Part shown: positions 40,524 to 50,082 of the stretch, piece by piece
How positions within the stretch are numbered: the first letter of the stretch is position 1
Layout of the letters: the number at the start of each line of letters is the position of its first letter
Assembly: GCA_963708025.1 (NCBI GenBank)
Contig: CAVPSB010000025.1
Location: 288,001 to 352,000, forward strand
DNA length: 64,000 nucleotides
Direction of reading: 5' to 3'
Source: an uncultured Candidatus Rokubacteria bacterium
GTDB taxonomy: Bacteria > Methylomirabilota > Methylomirabilia > Rokubacteriales > DASRDR01
The notes under the pieces: generated by a model
The model's database searches: none
The model's input: only the letters and a program-made list of their open reading frames with translations
What the model was told of the DNA's origin: nothing
Program-made: the position numbers and the translations under genes

Positions 40524-41669
40524 ATGCCAGACGCCGTCATCGTCGAAGCCGTCCGCTCGCCGGTCGGGAAGAAGAACGGGAAGCTGGCGACGGTCCGCCC
40601 GGACGACCTGGCGGCCCACGTCATCATGGCACTGGTGGAGCGGGCCGGGGTGGATCCGGGGGTGGTCGAGGACGTCATCCTCGGCTGCGTGGACCAGCTC
40701 GGGGAGCAGGGGTTCAACATTGCCCGGAATGCCGCGCTGATCGCCGGGTTGCCGCTCGACGTCTGCGGGGTGACGCTGGACCGGATGTGCGGCTCCGGCC
40801 AGCAGGCCGCCAACTTCGGCTTCGGCATGGTGGCCTCGGGCCAGCACGACTGCCTCATCGTGGGGGGCGTCGAGAACATGAGCCGGGTGCCGATGGGCTC
40901 GAACGCCCAGGGCCCGGGGGAGGGGCCGATCAGCCCGAAGCTGGCCGAGCGCTACCAGATCGTGCCCCAGGGCATCTCGGCCGAGCTGATCGCCGAGAAG
41001 TGGGGGCTGAGCCGCGCGGAGCTGGACGAGTTCGCGGCGGGCAGCCACGAGAAGGCGGGCCGGGCGATCGCCGAGGGGCGCTTCCAGCGGGAGATCGTTC
41101 CGGTGCCGCTGCCGGACGGCTCCCGGTTCGATACCGACGAGGGCGTGCGGGTCCCCGTCAACCGCGAGAAGATGGCGAGCCTGGCGCCCTCGTTCAAGAC
41201 CGACGGCGTCGTGACCGCGGCGACCTCGAGCCAGATCTCGGACGGGGCGGCGGCGCTGCTCGTCACCTCCGCCGAGAAGGCCCGCGCCCTCGGGCTCCGG
41301 TCGCGCGCCCGGTTCGTCGCCACCGCGCTGGCCGGGGTCGACCCGACGATCATGCTGACCGGTCCCATCCCGGCGACCCAGCGCGTGCTGAAGAAGGCCG
41401 GCCTCACCCTGGCCGACATGGATCGGATCGAGATCAACGAGGCGTTCGCCTCGGTGGTGCTCGCCTGGCAGCGGGAGCTGGGCCCGGACATGTCCAGGGT
41501 CAACGTGAACGGCGGCGCCATCGCCCTCGGCCATCCGCTCGGCTGCTCGGGGGCGCGGCTCCTGACGTCGCTCCTGCACGAGCTGGAGCGTTCGGGCGGG
41601 CGCTTCGGCCTCCAGACGATGTGCATCGGGTTCGGGCAGGGGATCGCCACGATCATCGAGCGGCTCTGA
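40524..41669 (+). CDS. Acetyl-CoA C-acyltransferase (thiolase)
   Basis: DRMCGSG, EINEAFA, GGAIALGHPLG and MCIGFGQG motifs; AGGAGG RBS. Confidence 0.95.
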   Translation: MPDAVIVEAVRSPVGKKNGKLATVRPDDLAAHVIMALVERAGVDPGVVEDVILGCVDQLGEQGFNIARNAALIAGLPLDVCGVTLDRMCGSGQQAANFGFGMVASGQHDCLIVGGVENMSRVPMGSNAQGPGEGPISPKLAERYQIVPQGISAELIAEKWGLSRAELDEFAAGSHEKAGRAIAEGRFQREIVPVPLPDGSRFDTDEGVRVPVNREKMASLAPSFKTDGVVTAATSSQISDGAAALLVTSAEKARALGLRSRARFVATALAGVDPTIMLTGPIPATQRVLKKAGLTLADMDRIEINEAFASVVLAWQRELGPDMSRVNVNGGAIALGHPLGCSGARLLTSLLHELERSGGRFGLQTMCIGFGQGIATIIERL

Positions 41670-41681
41670 GAGAACACGACC

Positions 41682-41765
41682 ATGGCGGGCTACTACTGTC
41701 CGAAGTGCCTCAAGACGGCCCCGGTGCAGAAGATGTGCTGTGGCCGCCCCATGAAGAAAGGATGA
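41682..41765 (+). CDS. 27-aa desulforedoxin-like metal-binding microprotein
   Basis: MAGYYCPKCLKTAPVQKMCCGRPMKKG*; the stop overlaps the next ATG (ATGA). Confidence 0.65.
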   Translation: MAGYYCPKCLKTAPVQKMCCGRPMKKG

Positions 41766-42772
41766 GCGCCGGGCCGGAGTCTCCGGCCGCCGGGCCGCTC
41801 GTCCTCATCTGCGGCCTCGACCACGCCAACGTGGTCGAGGAGGAGCAGGTCTTCCATTCCGCCGGCCTCCGCTTCGCGCAGGTCGTGGCGCAAACCGAGG
41901 ACGACCTGCTGCGCCAGTGCGGCGAGGCCGACGCTCTCCTCGTCCAGTACGGCCTCCTGACCCGCCGCGTGATCGAGGGCCTGCCCCGCTTGCGCCTGCT
42001 CGTCCGCTACGGCGTCGGGGTGGATGGGGTGGACCTGGCGGCCGCCACCGAGCGCGGCATCCCCGTCGCCAACGTGCCCGACTACGGGACCGACGAGGTG
42101 GCGAACCACGCCGTCGCCCTCCTGCTCGCGCTCGCCCGGAAGATCACGCGGCTCGACCGCCAGACGCGGGCCGGACGCTGGGACGTCTTCGAGGCCCAGC
42201 CGATCCACCGCCTGGCCGGGCGGACCGTGGGCATCGTCGGCTGTGGGCGCATCGGCAGTCGCGTGGCCCGGAAGCTCGGCGGGTTCGACGTCCGGCTCCT
42301 GGGCCACGACCCCTACATCAAGGATTTCCCGGCCGGCGTCGTGCCGGCGCGGCTGGAGACCCTGCTGGCCGAGTCGGACTACCTGACGCTCCACTGCCCG
42401 CTCACCGCCGCGACCCGGCACCTGATCGACGGGCCGGCGCTGGCCCAGATGAAGCCCACCGCAGTCCTCGTCAACACCGCGCGCGGCGGCATCGTCGACA
42501 TCGCGGCGCTGGCCGAGGCGCTCGAGCACGGCCGGCTGGCCGGCGCCGGGCTCGACGTGACCGAGCAGGAGCCGCTCGACCGCACCAGCCCGCTTCTCCG
42601 GATGGAGCAGGTCATCGTCACCCCCCACGCCGCCTGGTACTCGGAGGAGGGACGCTCCGACCTCAAGCGCCGGGTGGCGGAGGAAGCCGTCCGGGTCCTG
42701 GTGGGTGGCGAGCCGCCGCGGAACTGCGTCAACCCCGAGGCCTTCGGCCGCGTCGGGTCCCGGCCGATTTGA
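41762..42772 (+). CDS. D-isomer 2-hydroxyacid dehydrogenase (CtBP-like)
   Basis: RYGVGVD, NVPDYG..EVA, GIVGCGRIG, NTARGG and TPHAAWYSEE motifs. Confidence 0.92.
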   Translation: MSAGPESPAAGPLVLICGLDHANVVEEEQVFHSAGLRFAQVVAQTEDDLLRQCGEADALLVQYGLLTRRVIEGLPRLRLLVRYGVGVDGVDLAAATERGIPVANVPDYGTDEVANHAVALLLALARKITRLDRQTRAGRWDVFEAQPIHRLAGRTVGIVGCGRIGSRVARKLGGFDVRLLGHDPYIKDFPAGVVPARLETLLAESDYLTLHCPLTAATRHLIDGPALAQMKPTAVLVNTARGGIVDIAALAEALEHGRLAGAGLDVTEQEPLDRTSPLLRMEQVIVTPHAAWYSEEGRSDLKRRVAEEAVRVLVGGEPPRNCVNPEAFGRVGSRPI

Positions 42773-42805
42773 CGCCCGGCCCGCTGAGCGGGTAGCCTGT
42801 CTCGC

Positions 42806-43570
42806 ATGGCCGGCCTCCCCCCCGACCTCGCTGGCAAGGTCGCCGTGGTCACTGGCGCGAGCCGTGGTATCGGCGCGGCCAGCGCCCGGGCCCTGGCCGG
42901 GGCCGGCTGTGACCTGGTCCTCGCCAGCCGCGACAAAGCGGCGCTCCAGCAGGTCGCCGACTCGATCGAGCGACTCGGCCGGCGCGCGCTCGTCCACCCG
43001 ATCGATCTCCAGCGGCTGGACGGCATCCCGGGCCTGATCGAGCGGGCCGTGACCGACCTCGGCCGGCTCGACATCCTGATCAATAACGCCGGCACCAACG
43101 TCCGGCGGCCCGCCATCGAGCTCACCGAGGCCGACTGGGACACGATCGTGAACCTGAACCTGCGCGCCGCCTTCTTCTGCGCCACCGCCGCCGGCCGGGT
43201 GATGGTCGCCCAGCGGAGCGGCAAGGTGGTCAACATCTCCTCGATCGCCTCCCGTGTCGGACTCCCGACCGGGTCCATCTACGCGGCCAGCAAGGGTGGG
43301 GTGTCGGCCTTCACCCGGACGCTGGCGGTCGAGTGGGCGTCGCACAACGTGCAGGTCAACGCCGTCGGGCCCGGCTACATCCAGACCGCGCTGACGGCGC
43401 CGCTCTTCGCCAACCCCGAGTGGGTGGACCGCGTGACCCGACGGATCCCGGCGACCCGCACCGGCGAGCCGGACGACCTGATTGGCACGATCCTCTTCCT
43501 TTCGTCCCCGGCCTCCGACTACCTCACGGGGCAGACGCTCTTCGTCGACGGCGGCTGGACCGCCACATGA
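42806..43570 (+). CDS. SDR oxidoreductase (gluconate 5-dehydrogenase/KduD-like)
   Basis: TGASRGIG, NNAG, YAASK and VDGGW motifs. Confidence 0.92.
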   Translation: MAGLPPDLAGKVAVVTGASRGIGAASARALAGAGCDLVLASRDKAALQQVADSIERLGRRALVHPIDLQRLDGIPGLIERAVTDLGRLDILINNAGTNVRRPAIELTEADWDTIVNLNLRAAFFCATAAGRVMVAQRSGKVVNISSIASRVGLPTGSIYAASKGGVSAFTRTLAVEWASHNVQVNAVGPGYIQTALTAPLFANPEWVDRVTRRIPATRTGEPDDLIGTILFLSSPASDYLTGQTLFVDGGWTAT

Positions 43571-44670
43571 GCGAAGCAACCAGCGCGTCCACGTCCGGCT
43601 CCCCCCTCCCCCCCCGCCAAAGGCCGAAGGCCGTCGAACAACCGGGGAGGGGGGCCAAAGGCCGAAGGCCGTCGAAGGATCGGGTAGGCGGGAGGTTTCA
43701 AACAGACCCGCCCCACGACGTCGTCGCCTTCGGCGAGGTGCTCCTGCGCCTCGCCTCGCGGGCGCCGGTCAGGCTGGAGCAGGCGCGCGAGCTCGACGTC
43801 ACCTTCGGGGGGACCGAGGCCAACGTCCTGGCCGCGCTGGCCCGGCTCGGTCTCCGCGCGGCCTGGGTCTCCGCGCTGCCCTCGAATCCCTGGGGGGAGC
43901 GCGTCGGCCGGGAGCTCCGCGGGCACGGCGTGGACGTCTCGCACGTCGTCTGGCGGGAGCGGGGCCGCATCGGGACCTACTTCCTCGAGTACGGCCTGGC
44001 GCCACGACCCATCCGGGTCTTCTACGACCGCCAGGACTCCGCGTTCACCACCCTCGGCGAGGCGGAGGTCGACTGGGAGGTCGTTCGGCGGAGCCGGGTG
44101 CTCCACCTGACCGGGATCACCCCGGCGCTGGGGCAAGAGCCGCGCGCGCTCACCGAGCGGGCGGTCGAGGAGGCGAGCGCCGCCGGCGCCCTCGTCTCGC
44201 TCGACGTCAACTACCGCGCGGCGCTCTGGTCGCCCGAGGAGGCCGGGTCGTACCTGGAGACCCTGCTCCCGCGCGTCCAGCTCCTCTTCGTCGGGCTGGA
44301 GGACGCGCGCCGGCTTTTCGCCTGCGAGGGCGAGCCGGAGGCGATTGCCGGGGCGCTCCGGCGGCGGGCGCCGAAGGCGACCGTCGCCCTCACGCTCGGC
44401 GAGCAGGGCTCGGTCGTGCTCGCCGACCGGGTGCACCGGCCGACCCGCCTCTACCCGCTGGACGTGGTCGCCGATCGCGTGGGAGCCGGGGACGCGTTCG
44501 CGGCCGGCTTCCTCTACGGGCTCCTGACGCGCCGCGACGTGCAGTACGCGCAGGACTGCGGCACCGCGCTGGCGGCCCTCAAGTGCACGATCTGGGGCGA
44601 CGTCGCGCTGGTGCGTCCCGGTGAGCTGGAAGAGCTGATGGCGCAACCCGACCCGCGCATCCGCCGGTAA
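43567..44670 (+). CDS. PfkB-family sugar kinase (KdgK-like) with repeat-derived N-terminal extension
   Basis: VVAFGEVLLRL, GGTEANV, LDVNYR and DRVGAGDAFAAG motifs; ATG overlaps the SDR stop. Confidence 0.88.
   Translation: MSEATSASTSGSPLPPRQRPKAVEQPGRGAKGRRPSKDRVGGRFQTDPPHDVVAFGEVLLRLASRAPVRLEQARELDVTFGGTEANVLAALARLGLRAAWVSALPSNPWGERVGRELRGHGVDVSHVVWRERGRIGTYFLEYGLAPRPIRVFYDRQDSAFTTLGEAEVDWEVVRRSRVLHLTGITPALGQEPRALTERAVEEASAAGALVSLDVNYRAALWSPEEAGSYLETLLPRVQLLFVGLEDARRLFACEGEPEAIAGALRRRAPKATVALTLGEQGSVVLADRVHRPTRLYPLDVVADRVGAGDAFAAGFLYGLLTRRDVQYAQDCGTALAALKCTIWGDVALVRPGELEELMAQPDPRIRR
43568..43706 (+). repeat. Repeat family A, copy A6 (in frame within the kinase N-terminus)
   Basis: TGAG-N23-CCGGCTCCCCCCTCCCCCCCC, two GCCAAAGGCCGAAGGCCGTCGAA modules, GGGTAGGCGGGAGGTTTCAAACAG. 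Confidence 0.85.
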
Positions 44671-44687
44671 CCCAAAGGAGGATCCCC

Positions 44688-45611
44688 GTGACCGTGTGGA
44701 ACTCCCGCTACCTCTACCTGAACGGCAAGCTCGTGCCCTACGACGAGGCGAAGATCCACGTCCAGTCCGGCGCCGTCAAGTACGGCGGCTCCGTGTTCGA
44801 AGGCCTCCGCGCGTACTGGAACGCGAAGCAGGGCGAGCTGTACGTCTTCCGGCTGCAGGAGCACATCGACCGGCTGTTCGACTCGCTCCGGCTCATGCGG
44901 ATGGAGCACGCCTTCACCCGGGACGAGCTGGCCTCCTCGATCCTGGAGGTGCTCCGGAAGAACGAGGTGCGCGAGGACGTCCACATCCGGCAGTCCGCCT
45001 TCATCGAGGCCGACGGCGGGCTGGACGCGACCGGGCCGGTGGGGCTCGCGGTCGATGCCAAGCCTCACAAGGTGACGCAGAAGCCCGGCCTCCATGCCGG
45101 GGTCTCGTCCTGGACCCGGATCGCCGACGGCAGCATGCCGCCCCGGATCAAGTGCTCGGCCAACTACCAGAACGGCCGGCTGGCGCAGCTCGAGGCGAAG
45201 ACCAACGGCTTCGAGGCGGCGCTGCTGCTCAACTCCCGCGGCAAGCTGGCCGAGGCGCCCGGGGCCTGCTGCTTCGTGGTCCGGCGCGGTGTCCCCATCA
45301 CGCCGCCGGTCACCGCCGACATCCTGGAGTCGGTGACCCGGGCCACCCTGCTGGAGCTCTTCGTGAAGGAGCTGGGGCTCACCCCCGACGTGCGCGAGAT
45401 GGATCGTACCGAGGTCTACGTCGCGGACGAGGCGTTCCTGTGCGGGAGCGGGATGGAGGTCACGGCGGTCCTGTCGGTCGACCGGCTCGCGCTCGGCGAC
45501 GGCGTCAACCCCGGCCCCGTGACCCGGGCCATCCAGGAGTGCTACTTCGCGGTGGCCCGGGGTGAGAAGCCGGCCTACCGGAGCTGGCTCACGCCCGTGC
45601 ACGGCCGGTAG
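44688..45611 (+). CDS. ilvE: Branched-chain amino acid aminotransferase (class IV)
   Basis: YGGSVFEGLRAY, IKCSANY, EAPG, ILESVTR and DEAFLCGS motifs. Confidence 0.85.
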   Translation: MTVWNSRYLYLNGKLVPYDEAKIHVQSGAVKYGGSVFEGLRAYWNAKQGELYVFRLQEHIDRLFDSLRLMRMEHAFTRDELASSILEVLRKNEVREDVHIRQSAFIEADGGLDATGPVGLAVDAKPHKVTQKPGLHAGVSSWTRIADGSMPPRIKCSANYQNGRLAQLEAKTNGFEAALLLNSRGKLAEAPGACCFVVRRGVPITPPVTADILESVTRATLLELFVKELGLTPDVREMDRTEVYVADEAFLCGSGMEVTAVLSVDRLALGDGVNPGPVTRAIQECYFAVARGEKPAYRSWLTPVHGR

Positions 45612-45904
45612 GGCGTCCGCAGAGCCGCCCGGGACCCCTCCCGAGTCGCCGCGGCAGCCCGGGCTTCGGCCCGGGTTGCCGTGGCCGACATGCTCACGGC
45701 GCCGTGGTCCCCGCGACGCCACCCGACAAGATGCTGGCACACCTCGTCCGCGTGTGCTAGAGTGTCTGCGTCTAGCCGGTCTTCGCGCTAACGCAGCGCA
45801 TCGATCTGGCCTCGCCTCCGACGGTGCTCTTCCGCGTCTCCGGGGCGTGAACTGAAGGGCGGAAGAACATCGACCCCGAGCGATCGGGGACAAGGAGGCG
45901 CCTC

Positions 45905-46216
45905 ATGGCGTCCAAGCTGTATGTCGGCGGTCTGTCCTATTCCACCACCTCGGAGAGCCTGCGCCAGTACTTCGCGCAGTGCGGCACGGTCGAGTCGGCC
46001 ACGGTGATCACCGACCGGATGTCGGGCGATTCGCGTGGGTTCGGCTTCGTGGAGATGGCCTCGGAGGCCGAGGCGCAGGCGGCGATCTCGAAGCTGAACG
46101 ACCAGTCCTTCGAGGGCCGGAAGCTGATGGTCAACGTGGCCAAGGCGCCAGGCTCTGGGGGCGGTGGAGCTCGGTCCGGCGGCTTCGGCGGCCCGCGCAA
46201 GACGCCCCGCTGGTAG
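45905..46216 (+). CDS. RRM RNA-binding protein with Gly-rich tail
   Basis: RNP2 LYVGGL and RNP1 RGFGFVEM; AAGGAGG RBS. Confidence 0.95.
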   Translation: MASKLYVGGLSYSTTSESLRQYFAQCGTVESATVITDRMSGDSRGFGFVEMASEAEAQAAISKLNDQSFEGRKLMVNVAKAPGSGGGGARSGGFGGPRKTPRW

Positions 46217-46239
46217 GCACGTCCGACTGCCCGTAACAG

Positions 46240-46275
46240 CGGCGCGGGGGCCCTCGGGCTCCCGCGCCGTTTTCG
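46240..46275 (+). terminator. Rho-independent terminator after the RRM gene
   Basis: CGGCGCGGGGGCCC-TC-GGGCTCCCGCGCCG stem followed by TTTT. Confidence 0.7.
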
Positions 46276-46349
46276 TCTCGCCATCGCGCCGGTGGGCGCC
46301 TTCTGGGCCTCCCGGCCGCGATGCTTGCGTGCCGTGTGAATGATATGGG

Positions 46350-47021
46350 CTAGGGCTTCCGCAAGAGGATCGTCCCCATGAAGGACTCGGCGGTGCCCTT
46401 CACGTCGTCGGAGTCGATGCCGAAGGAGACGACGGCGGGGTCGTCCGGCTCCTCTCCGTAGATCTTCTTGAAGTCCTCGAGCACGTTCCGGCGCTCGGTG
46501 AGCCACTGGCCGAGCTCGGCCGGGCCGGAGCGCATGACCACGTAGGTCACCGTGCCGGTCTTCTGGCTCTTGATGATCGACCCCGCCGGCGCGGTCGTGT
46601 CCCAGATGTAGCCGATGATGCGGGAGCGCACCGCCTCGGGGAAGCGCGGCCAGGTGACGTAGAGCTGGGCGGCCTCGTCGTCGGTCTCCTTCTTCCGGGA
46701 ATCGGCGCCGGCGGGCAGCGCGACCGCCTTCCAGCTCCACTCGAGGATCGGCGTCTCCTTCAGCTTGACCTTGCCCTTGATCTCCTTGCTGACGTTCGAG
46801 CTGTCCCCGCGGCTCCGGAGGTGGAGCACCTTCCGCTGGCCCTCCTGCTCCACGACGAAGTCGTAGGCCGGACTGCCCCAGCGCTGCTTCTCCCAGCCGG
46901 GCGGGATGCCCTTGTGGCCGACCGGCGCGCTGGACCAGTCCTCGACCACGAACGTGTCCAGGGCCCAGGCGAGCGCGGCCAGCCCGAGGACGACGGCGCC
47001 CGTCACGGACGATCGTGTCAT
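46350..47021 (-). CDS. DUF3047 family exported protein
   Basis: Signal peptide; TPILEWSWK, DDEAAQLYV, IGYIWD, WLTERRNVLEDF and IDSDD motifs. Confidence 0.85.
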   Translation of the reverse strand: MTRSSVTGAVVLGLAALAWALDTFVVEDWSSAPVGHKGIPPGWEKQRWGSPAYDFVVEQEGQRKVLHLRSRGDSSNVSKEIKGKVKLKETPILEWSWKAVALPAGADSRKKETDDEAAQLYVTWPRFPEAVRSRIIGYIWDTTAPAGSIIKSQKTGTVTYVVMRSGPAELGQWLTERRNVLEDFKKIYGEEPDDPAVVSFGIDSDDVKGTAESFMGTILLRKP

Positions 47022-47047
47022 GAATGCTCTCCTCGCCCTCGAGACGC

Positions 47048-48749
47048 TCACGGCCGGGCGCCTCGCTGCTTGGGCCCGAGCCGGGTGGCCTCCAGCTCGT
47101 AGGCGAGGGTCACCCAGTCGGTCAGGAGGGGCCGGGTGTCGCGCGGGTCGATGATCTCCTCCACGCCGAAGGCCTCCGCCGTCCGGAACGGGCTGCGTAC
47201 CGCGTTCAGCCGGGCTTCGATCTCCCGGTGGAGCGCCGGGCGGTCCGGCGCCGCCTCCAGCTCCCGCCGGTACGCCGCCTCGATCCCGCCCTCGAGCGGC
47301 AGCGAGCCCCAGTCGCCGGAGGGCCAGGCGTAGCGGAGGTTGAGCGCCTGCACGTTGCCGTGGCCGGCGCCCGCCACGCCGAAGACGCGGCGGAGGATCA
47401 CGGTGACCCACGGCACCGTGGCCTGGTACACCGCGGCCAGGGCGCGGACGCCCTTGCGAACCGTGCCGGCCCGCTCGGCCGCCACGCCGATCAGGAAGCC
47501 CGGCTGGTCCACGAAGTTCACCACCGGCAGGTGGAAGGTGTCGCAGAGGTCCACGAAGCGGGTCAGCTTCTCGGAGCCGGCCGCGGTGAGCGCGCCGCCC
47601 ACGTGGCGCGGGTCGCTGGCGACCACGCCCACCGGGTACCCGTCGAGCCGCGCCAGCGCGATGACGAGCGACGGGCCGTAGCGCGGGGCCAGCTCGAAGA
47701 GCGAGTCGCGATCGACCACGTGGCCGAGCAGCCGGCGGACGTCGTACGGGTGGCGCCGGCTCCGGGGGATGATGGAGACGAGCGCCTCGTCCCGCCGCCG
47801 GGGGTCGTCCGCCGGGGTGGCGCGCGGCGGCGCGTGCCAGGCGTTCGGCGGCAGGTAGGAGAGGAAGCGACGAATCTCGACGAACGCCTCCTCTTCCGAG
47901 GCGACTTCGTTGTCGACCACGCCGCTCTCCCGCGTGTGGATGTGCGAGCCGCCCAGGGTCTCCTTGTCGACGTCCTCGCCCAGGCCGCGCTTGACCACCG
48001 GCGGTCCAGCGATGAACACCTGCGCCGAGCCCCGGACCATGCACGAGAAGTGGGACGCCGCCAGCCGGGCCGCGCCGAGCCCGGCCACCGGCCCCAGCGC
48101 CGCCGCCACCACCGGGATCTCGGAGAGCGCCGCCACCACCAGATCCCAGGCCGGGTTGCCCGGCACGTAGGTCCGGCCCACCTGCTCGTACGTCTTGACG
48201 CTGCCCGCCCCCGCCGGTGCCCTCCACCAGGCGCACCAGCGGCAGCCGGAGCTCGCGGGCCATGCGCTCGCTGTACCCCTGCTTGCCGGCGATCGCCGCG
48301 TCGTTGGCGCCGCCGCGCACCGTGAAGTCGTCGCCGCCGACCACGACCCGCCGGCCGTCGAGGCGCCCGGTCCCCAGCACGAAGTTGGCCGGCCGGAAGC
48401 CGGCCAGCCGGCCGTCCTCGTAGGCGGCGCTCCCGGCCAGGGCGCCGGTCTCGTGGAAGGAGCCGGCGTCGAGGAGGCGCTCGATCCGCTCCCGCACCGT
48501 GAGGCGGCCCGCCTTGTGCTGGCGCGCCACGTTCTCGGGGCCGCCCATGGCGTGGGCCAGCTCGAGCCGCCGGCGCAGCTCCCCGATCTCCGGCTCCCAG
48601 GATTGATTGGCAGGGGGGGAGTCCCGAGCGTCGTCTCGCCGGGACGCCTCCGGCCTTCGGCCGTCGGTCCCTCCCGTCCCTCCCGTCCCTCCGGGTGTCC
48701 CCCCCTGGACCCCCCCACCTGGGGGCTCCGGCCGGTGCTCGCCCGTCAT
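47048..48749 (-). CDS. Acyl-CoA carboxylase carboxyltransferase subunit (frameshift near 48210) with repeat-derived N-terminal insert
   Basis: MGGPENVARQHKAGRLTVRERI, DDFTVRGG, AGPPVV, ETLGG, FVDQPGF and EIIDPRDTR motifs. Confidence 0.88.
48611..48725 (-). repeat. Repeat family B, copy B2 (in frame in the carboxyltransferase N-terminus)
   Basis: Reverse strand reads CCCCCAGGTGGGGGGGTCCAGGGGGGG..(GGAGGGACG)x~3..GGCCGAAGGCC..GGGACTCCCCCCCTG. Confidence 0.8.
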
Positions 48750-49906
48750 GACTGGGCGAAGACGACCAGCACGCCCGTGTACGTGTGGAAGAAGTTGGCC
48801 CCGCCGACCGGCGCGAACTCGCCGTTGCCGAAGACGCCGATCAGCGGACAGCCGGCGAGCCGCGCGCGGATCAGCCCCACGTCGTGATCCGGGACGCCGT
48901 ACAGCGCCCGGCCCCGCCCGGCGCAGTTGAAGTAGACGCCGAGCGCCGCCCGCCGGCCGCCCAGCCGCTTCTCTACCCGTGTCAGCATCGCCTCCAGGTC
49001 CCGGCGGGCGGCCTCGGCATCCCGGATCTGGAACTGGATCGTCTGGCCGACCCGCACCTCGCCGGAGACCGCGACGGCCCCGCTGTCCTTGTCGACGCCG
49101 GCCAGGTTGCGCACGAGGAAGTCGCCGCGCTCGAGCGGCGACTTGGCCGGGTCCATGGCCAGCCCCGCGAAGATGCCGGCCCGGGGCGCCCGCTGCTCGA
49201 AGTCGGGGAGGCTGCGGATCGCGTCCTTCAGCACGTCGAGGGCCGGGCGGCCCGCGATGGCCCGCACCACCGCGCCCTCGCCCCGCGTGACCACGTAGGG
49301 CTCGCCGATCGGCTGACAGCCCTGGCCGACGCCGACCACCGGCACCGGTCCCGCCACCGCCAGTGCCGCCAGGCCACCCCGCGCCACCTCGGTGTTGCAC
49401 AGCTCGAAGGGCGGGGCGCCGGCCGCCACCACGCCGGCCACGGTCACGGGCCCCAGCTCGTCGGCAAGGCCGCGCAGCAGACCCCGCGGGTCCAGGTTCA
49501 CGTCGGAGAGGATGAGGAGACTGCCGCCCTCGGCGAGTGTGGCGCCGACCTCGGCGGCGAGGTGGACCGCGGCCTCGGCGTCGATCCGCTCGCGCTCGGG
49601 CACCAGGACCGCACGCGCGAGCATGCCGCCGCCGGCGACGAGGACGGCGACGGCCGGCACCTGCTCCACCTCGGCCCGCTCGGTGAGCACCCCGGCCCCG
49701 CTCGCCCCCACCACCACCCGCGCGCCCGTCACGCGGCGCACACCGTGCAGGACGTGGTGGGCGGCCGGGTGCGCCTCCCCGCTGGTGAACACGAGCGCCA
49801 CGTCCGCGTGGGCGAGGCCGCTGGCCGCCATCGCCTGGAGCGCGGCGTCCAGCGCGGCCTCGTCGGCGCGCTTTCCAGTCGCCAGTCCGGAGCCGGCCAG
49901 CAGCAT
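48746..49906 (-). CDS. FIST-domain signalling protein
   Basis: GQGCQPIGEP, AGRPAL, DFLVRNL, QFQIRD, FNCAGRG and GVFGNGE motifs. Confidence 0.88.
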   Translation of the reverse strand: MLLAGSGLATGKRADEAALDAALQAMAASGLAHADVALVFTSGEAHPAAHHVLHGVRRVTGARVVVGASGAGVLTERAEVEQVPAVAVLVAGGGMLARAVLVPERERIDAEAAVHLAAEVGATLAEGGSLLILSDVNLDPRGLLRGLADELGPVTVAGVVAAGAPPFELCNTEVARGGLAALAVAGPVPVVGVGQGCQPIGEPYVVTRGEGAVVRAIAGRPALDVLKDAIRSLPDFEQRAPRAGIFAGLAMDPAKSPLERGDFLVRNLAGVDKDSGAVAVSGEVRVGQTIQFQIRDAEAARRDLEAMLTRVEKRLGGRRAALGVYFNCAGRGRALYGVPDHDVGLIRARLAGCPLIGVFGNGEFAPVGGANFFHTYTGVLVVFAQS

Positions 49907-50082
49907 GTGGAGAGACCGTAGCAAATACGCAGAACCCTCGCAACGTCGGGCGAGGCCGTGCGCGGAGGCGCGTCATCCGGCGGCGGGCCCTTGACGGCGG
50001 CGGGTGCCTCCACCATAGTGGGGGCCGTCTCGGACCAGGTATGGTCGCAACCGCTGGAGACTCCCGCTCGAAGGAGGACGCC

